From Polyangiales bacterium (GTDB lineage: Bacteria > Myxococcota_A > Polyangia > Polyangiales > Houyiibacteriaceae): a DNA stretch of 64,000 bases. The translations under genes were made by a program, and so were the position numbers. The stretch is taken from the NCBI GenBank assembly GCA_045106895.1, contig JBGCFM010000012.1, forward strand, positions 1-64,000, read 5' to 3'. The notes below the pieces were generated by a model. It searched no databases. It saw only the letters and a list, made by a program, of their open reading frames with translations, and had not been told where the DNA came from. Shown here one piece after another: positions 59,989-64,000 of the stretch (its first letter is position 1; every line of letters starts with the position of its first letter).

Positions 59989-60999
59989 CTGAAACACTGG
60001 CGCCACACCCTGAACGAGCTGAGCCGCCCCCGACGGAGTGGCCCGATCAGCGCAGTCGCCTTTGCCCTTCTGTCCACGGAGTGGTTCGCAACTCACTCTA
60101 CAGACGCGGTGCTCGCCCTTGGGCTCTTCGTTGTGGCGTTTGTCCTCATCATACCGACGCTCTACCGCGAGACATCGCGTGGCGGCATGTGGTTGCCCTT
60201 CTATCTCGTCGTCTGTTCGATTCTCGTCGCAAGCGTTTGCTTCGTGGTTCCCGTCGCGCTGAGCTACGAGTCCTACGTGGCTCATCCGCCCGCGGCGGTG
60301 GCGATAGGAGTCCTCGTCGCCATCGCGGGTTGGGTCCTCGGTCGAGACATCGACCTCAGCGACGGCCTCGCCGCGGAAACGACGCGCGCGGAGGTGCTCA
60401 AGGTGCAAGCCGAAGACGCGCGCCTCGTCGCGCTCCGTCAGCAACTTGATCCCCACTTCCTCTTCAACACGCTCGGCGCCATCGCCGAGTGGTGTCGCGA
60501 AGATCCACTCGTCGCGGAGCGCGCGCTCCTTGAGCTTTCGTCCATGCTGCGAACGCTCTTCGACGGGGTTCGCGAAGCTTGGTGGCCATTGGAACGGGAG
60601 CTGGCGTTGCTACGCGCGCTCCAGCACCTCTACACGGTACGCGACGAAGATCGCTACGCCTCCGCCTTTGAGACCGAGGACAAGCTCACGCTTTCGGTCC
60701 CGCCGCTCATTTTTCTTCCAATCTTCGAGAACGCCCTAACGCACGGCTCGGGCGAGACCGCCATGCGCTTCTCGCTTCGCCGCGTCGATGACGTCGTGGA
60801 GATGAGCCTCTGGAACGCCGGGCCGTACGCCGGTCCGCGAGACGGAGGCACGGGCATCGGCACGACGCAACGCCGCCTGGAGCTCGCCTACGGAACTGCC
60901 GCGTCCCTCGAAGTGAGCTCCGAAGTGCGTGAGAACATCGGGGGTACCCACGCTCTCATGCGCATTCCGATGACGGTCACGTTAGACTCCTCGTCGTGA
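59989..60999 (+). CDS. LytS/YehU-type sensor histidine kinase
   Basis: LRQQLDPHFLFNTL, PIFENALTHG, GTGIG; N-terminal TMs. First canonical start is 60109; a CTG start at 59989 is suspected. Confidence 0.88.
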   Translation: MKHWRHTLNELSRPRRSGPISAVAFALLSTEWFATHSTDAVLALGLFVVAFVLIIPTLYRETSRGGMWLPFYLVVCSILVASVCFVVPVALSYESYVAHPPAAVAIGVLVAIAGWVLGRDIDLSDGLAAETTRAEVLKVQAEDARLVALRQQLDPHFLFNTLGAIAEWCREDPLVAERALLELSSMLRTLFDGVREAWWPLERELALLRALQHLYTVRDEDRYASAFETEDKLTLSVPPLIFLPIFENALTHGSGETAMRFSLRRVDDVVEMSLWNAGPYAGPRDGGTGIGTTQRRLELAYGTAASLEVSSEVRENIGGTHALMRIPMTVTLDSSS

Positions 61000-61706
61000 G
61001 CCTCCGCATCCTCATCGCCGACGACGAAAAAATGGCGCGGGCGCGCCTCAGGCGGATTCTCACCGGCCTTGGCGCCGAGGTCGTCGCCGAGTGCAAGAAC
61101 GGCGCGGAAGCGCTCGACGGGCTGAGCGCCGAGGATGTCGACGTCGCCTTCCTCGACATCAATATGCCCGGCCTCGACGGCCTGAGCGCTGGCGCCATCG
61201 CGCAGAGACGAGGCGTCCCGGTAGTCTTTGTCACGGCTCACCCGCAGCACGCCGTCGAGGCCTTCTCGCAGAACGCAGTCCACTACCTTCTCAAGCCGGT
61301 AGATGCCGCCGGAGTGAGCGAGGCCCTCAACCGACTCGTCACCACGCCGCCGCGAGAGGCCGCCCAGTCCGATCCCCTTGGCGATAGCCGTCTGCCGCTG
61401 ACGCGCGGACGAGATGTCTTCCTGGTGGACGTAGAACGCATCTCTCACGCGTCCTACGACGGCGAACTCGTCACCGTCCACGCCGGCGACGAATCGTGGA
61501 TCGTCGACGGTTCGCTCCAGGACCTGGAGAGTCGCATCGCCCGGCCTGACTTCATGCGCGTGCATCGCCGCGTGCTGCTGAATATGGCGCGCGTGACCCG
61601 GCTGCGGAGCCTGGAGAGCGGCGGATTTCGGGCCCAAGTCGATGAGCACGAGGTAGACGTTTCACGCCAGGCAGCCCGCGTGCTTCGAAAGCGACTCAGG
61701 CTTTAG
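60996..61706 (+). CDS. LytTR-family response regulator
   Basis: ADDE, FLDINMPG, FVTAH, YLLKP, FMRVHR, VSRQ. Confidence 0.95.
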   Translation: MSLRILIADDEKMARARLRRILTGLGAEVVAECKNGAEALDGLSAEDVDVAFLDINMPGLDGLSAGAIAQRRGVPVVFVTAHPQHAVEAFSQNAVHYLLKPVDAAGVSEALNRLVTTPPREAAQSDPLGDSRLPLTRGRDVFLVDVERISHASYDGELVTVHAGDESWIVDGSLQDLESRIARPDFMRVHRRVLLNMARVTRLRSLESGGFRAQVDEHEVDVSRQAARVLRKRLRL

Positions 61707-61731
61707 TCCGTCGCTCGCCACGGACTAAAGC
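61700..61731. terminator. 12-bp inverted repeat over the LytTR stop codon (terminator or operator)
   Basis: GCTTTAGTCCGT-CGCTCGCC-ACGGACTAAAGC. Confidence 0.55.
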
Positions 61732-61784
61732 GGGCTCTCTCTGGCCCGTTTCGTGAAGGACGCCCGATAAGGTACCCTCCTCAC

Positions 61785-62072
61785 ATGAACAAGAACGCGG
61801 CAGTCCTCGCACTCTGTCTCTTCAGCGCGGCCCTCGGCTTCGGCGCAGGCGGCGCATCGGCCAGCGTCGACGACGAAGTGTCCCTCCCTTCGCCCACGGC
61901 GCCCGCCCAAACCGAAGTGAGCGACGCGCTCCCGCTTGATGCCACGTGCGGTGACTACAGCTGCGACGCTCCGGAGGACTGCCACTCATGCGCTCAGGAC
62001 TGTGGCGACTGTTGTGGCAACGGGCAGTGCGAGCCGCCTGAAGACCACGACAGCTGCCCACAGGACTGCTAG
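61785..62072 (+). CDS. Small secreted Cys-rich protein with two CGxxxCxxxExxxSCxQDC repeats
   Basis: Signal peptide; CGDYSCDAPEDCHSCAQDC and CCGNGQCEPPEDHDSCPQDC. Confidence 0.75.
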   Translation: MNKNAAVLALCLFSAALGFGAGGASASVDDEVSLPSPTAPAQTEVSDALPLDATCGDYSCDAPEDCHSCAQDCGDCCGNGQCEPPEDHDSCPQDC

Positions 62073-62091
62073 CCCGTCACCGCTGCGCGGC

Positions 62092-63999
62092 TCAGTTTAG
62101 CGCCGCCGCCATGCGCGTGCCTTGGTCGATGGCGCGCTTCGCGTCGAGTTCACTCGCAACATCCGCGCCGCCGATGAGGTCGTACTCGGTGCCCTGACTG
62201 CCAAGGCCTTCGCCGAGCTCACGGAGAGGCACCTGTCCAGCGCAGATGATGACGTTGTCGACCTCAAGAATGCGGGACACACCCGCGACGGTGATGTGTA
62301 GCCCTCGGTCATCGACCTTCTCGTAGGCGCACTGGTCGAGCATCTCAACATCGAGGTTCTTGAGCGCCGCACGGTGGATCCACCCGGTTGTCTTCCCGAG
62401 ACCGGCGCCGAGCTTTCCTTTCGAACGCTGACAAAGCGTGATGGCGCGACGTGGCGCGTGATGCTCGACCTTCGGAAGAAGCCCACCTGGCGTGGAGTGC
62501 GAAGTGTCTACGCCCCACTCCTTCATGAAAGCTTCCGTGTCGAGGCTCGTGCTGGGCTCAGGCGCCGCCAAAAATTCCGCGACGTCGAAGCCGATTCCGC
62601 CAGCGCCAATGATCGCCACGCTGTCGCCGACAGGCTTGCCTCCCCGGAGCACATCGACGTAGGAGAGCACCTTGTCGTGCTCGATGCCGGGCATGCTGAG
62701 TTCACGCGGAACCACTCCGGTGGCCAGGATCACTCGGTCGAATCCAGTCAGCTCGTCGGCCTCGACGCGGGCTCCAAGACGCACATCTACCTTCGCGAGC
62801 TCAAGACGTCGACGGAAGTAACGGATGGTCTCGTGGAACTCTTCTTTGCCAGGGATCGTCTTGGCCATGTTGAACTGACCACCGATCTCCTCCGCCTGCT
62901 CAAAGAGCGTCACCGTGTGCCCGCGCTCTGCCGCCGTGCAGGCGTAAGCGAGACCCGCGGGTCCGGCGCCGACGACGGCGACGTTGCGGCGTCTGCGAAC
63001 GGGGTAGATGCGCAGCTCCGTCTCGTGGCACGCGCGTGGGTTCACAAGGCACGAACAGCGTTTGTTACGGAAGATGTGATCCAAGCACGCCTGGTTGCAG
63101 CCGATGCATGTGTTGATCTCGTCCACACGTCCTTCTTCAGCTTTGTTGACCCACTCCGGGTCCGCCAAAAAGGGCCGCGCCATGCTCACCATGTCCGCGC
63201 ATCCATCGGCGAGAACTTGCTCGGCGACGTCCGGCATGTTGATGCGATTTGAAGTGACGAGGGGAATGCCGACCTCGCCCATGAGCTTCTTGGTCACCCA
63301 CGCGAAACCAGCACGAGGCACCATCGTCGCGATGGTGGGCACGCGCGCTTCGTGCCAGCCGATGCCCGTGTTGAGAATGCTCGCGCCGGCGCGCTCGACC
63401 TCTTTGCCAAGGTGGACCACCTCGTCCCAGGTGCTGCCGTCTTCGACGAGGTCGATCATGGAGAGCCGATAGATGATGATGAAGTCGTCGCCCACGGCCT
63501 CGCGGCATGCACGCACGACTTCGAGGGGAAAGCGAATGCGGTTTTCGAAGCTTCCGCCCCACTCGTCGGTGCGCTTGTTCGTCTTCTTCACGATGAACTG
63601 GTTGAGGAGGTAGCCCTCGCTGCCCATGATCTCCACGCCGTCGTAGCCGGCGTCACGAGCGAGGCGCGTCGCGCGCGCGAAGTCTTTGATGGTGCTTCGG
63701 ACGCCGCGCTTGGAGAGCGCGAAAGGAGTGAAAGGGTTGATAGGAGCCTTGATGCGACTCGGGGCTACCTGGAAAGGCGAATACGCGTAGCGTCCGGTGT
63801 GCAAGACCTGCATCGCGATGCGACCCCCCTCGGCGTGAACGGCGTCGGTGACGACACGGTGCTTGTACGCTTCGAGGCGGTTGTTCATCGTCGCCGCAAA
63901 GGGCTTCGTCCAGCCTGCAATGTTCGGCGATACGCCACCCGTGACGATAAGACCTGCGCCGCCGGCTGCCCGCTCGGCGAAGTACGCGGCGAGCTTGTC
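62092..63999 (-). CDS. fadH: NADPH-dependent 2,4-dienoyl-CoA reductase (5' end outside the window)
   Basis: QVLHTGRY, EIMGSEGYL, GIGWHEARVPTI, CIGCNQAC..C, GAGPAG, GKTTGWIHR. Confidence 0.96.
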   Translation of the reverse strand, partial: DKLAAYFAERAAGGAGLIVTGGVSPNIAGWTKPFAATMNNRLEAYKHRVVTDAVHAEGGRIAMQVLHTGRYAYSPFQVAPSRIKAPINPFTPFALSKRGVRSTIKDFARATRLARDAGYDGVEIMGSEGYLLNQFIVKKTNKRTDEWGGSFENRIRFPLEVVRACREAVGDDFIIIYRLSMIDLVEDGSTWDEVVHLGKEVERAGASILNTGIGWHEARVPTIATMVPRAGFAWVTKKLMGEVGIPLVTSNRINMPDVAEQVLADGCADMVSMARPFLADPEWVNKAEEGRVDEINTCIGCNQACLDHIFRNKRCSCLVNPRACHETELRIYPVRRRRNVAVVGAGPAGLAYACTAAERGHTVTLFEQAEEIGGQFNMAKTIPGKEEFHETIRYFRRRLELAKVDVRLGARVEADELTGFDRVILATGVVPRELSMPGIEHDKVLSYVDVLRGGKPVGDSVAIIGAGGIGFDVAEFLAAPEPSTSLDTEAFMKEWGVDTSHSTPGGLLPKVEHHAPRRAITLCQRSKGKLGAGLGKTTGWIHRAALKNLDVEMLDQCAYEKVDDRGLHITVAGVSRILEVDNVIICAGQVPLRELGEGLGSQGTEYDLIGGADVASELDAKRAIDQGTRMAAALN

Positions 64000-64000
64000 C

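Overview
GC-rich, gene-dense bacterial chromosomal window with about 55 CDS. No rRNA, tRNA, CRISPR array or mobile element was recognisable. The gene repertoire points to Myxococcota, probably Sandaracinaceae/Polyangiales-like (inference): a MYXO-CTERM protein, many Cys-rich lipoproteins with DAG linkers, a Ser/Thr kinase, a PP2C phosphatase, a sigma54 activator and RRM proteins. Housekeeping genes include msrA, moaC, mgtE, fabH, fadH, HU, an M32 carboxypeptidase, HtrA and TldD. The most interesting accessory loci are: (1) a coupled pair of paralogous lipoproteins whose C-terminal halves look like the eukaryote-type BPI/LBP/CETP (TULIP) lipid-binding fold (53309-58086); (2) a divergent locus with two back-to-back sigma54-type promoters, driving two paralogous lipoproteins built from an unusual 6-Cys repeat on one side and an exported LTD-containing dikinase with glucan-water-dikinase domain order on the other (36682-41789); (3) a four-gene surface operon led by a NIDO + Cys-rich + MYXO-CTERM protein (12756-18561); (4) a catalytically degenerate 5'-nucleotidase-like domain fused to a probable outer-membrane beta-barrel (44474-46765). 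All assignments come from reading motifs by eye; no database searches were run.
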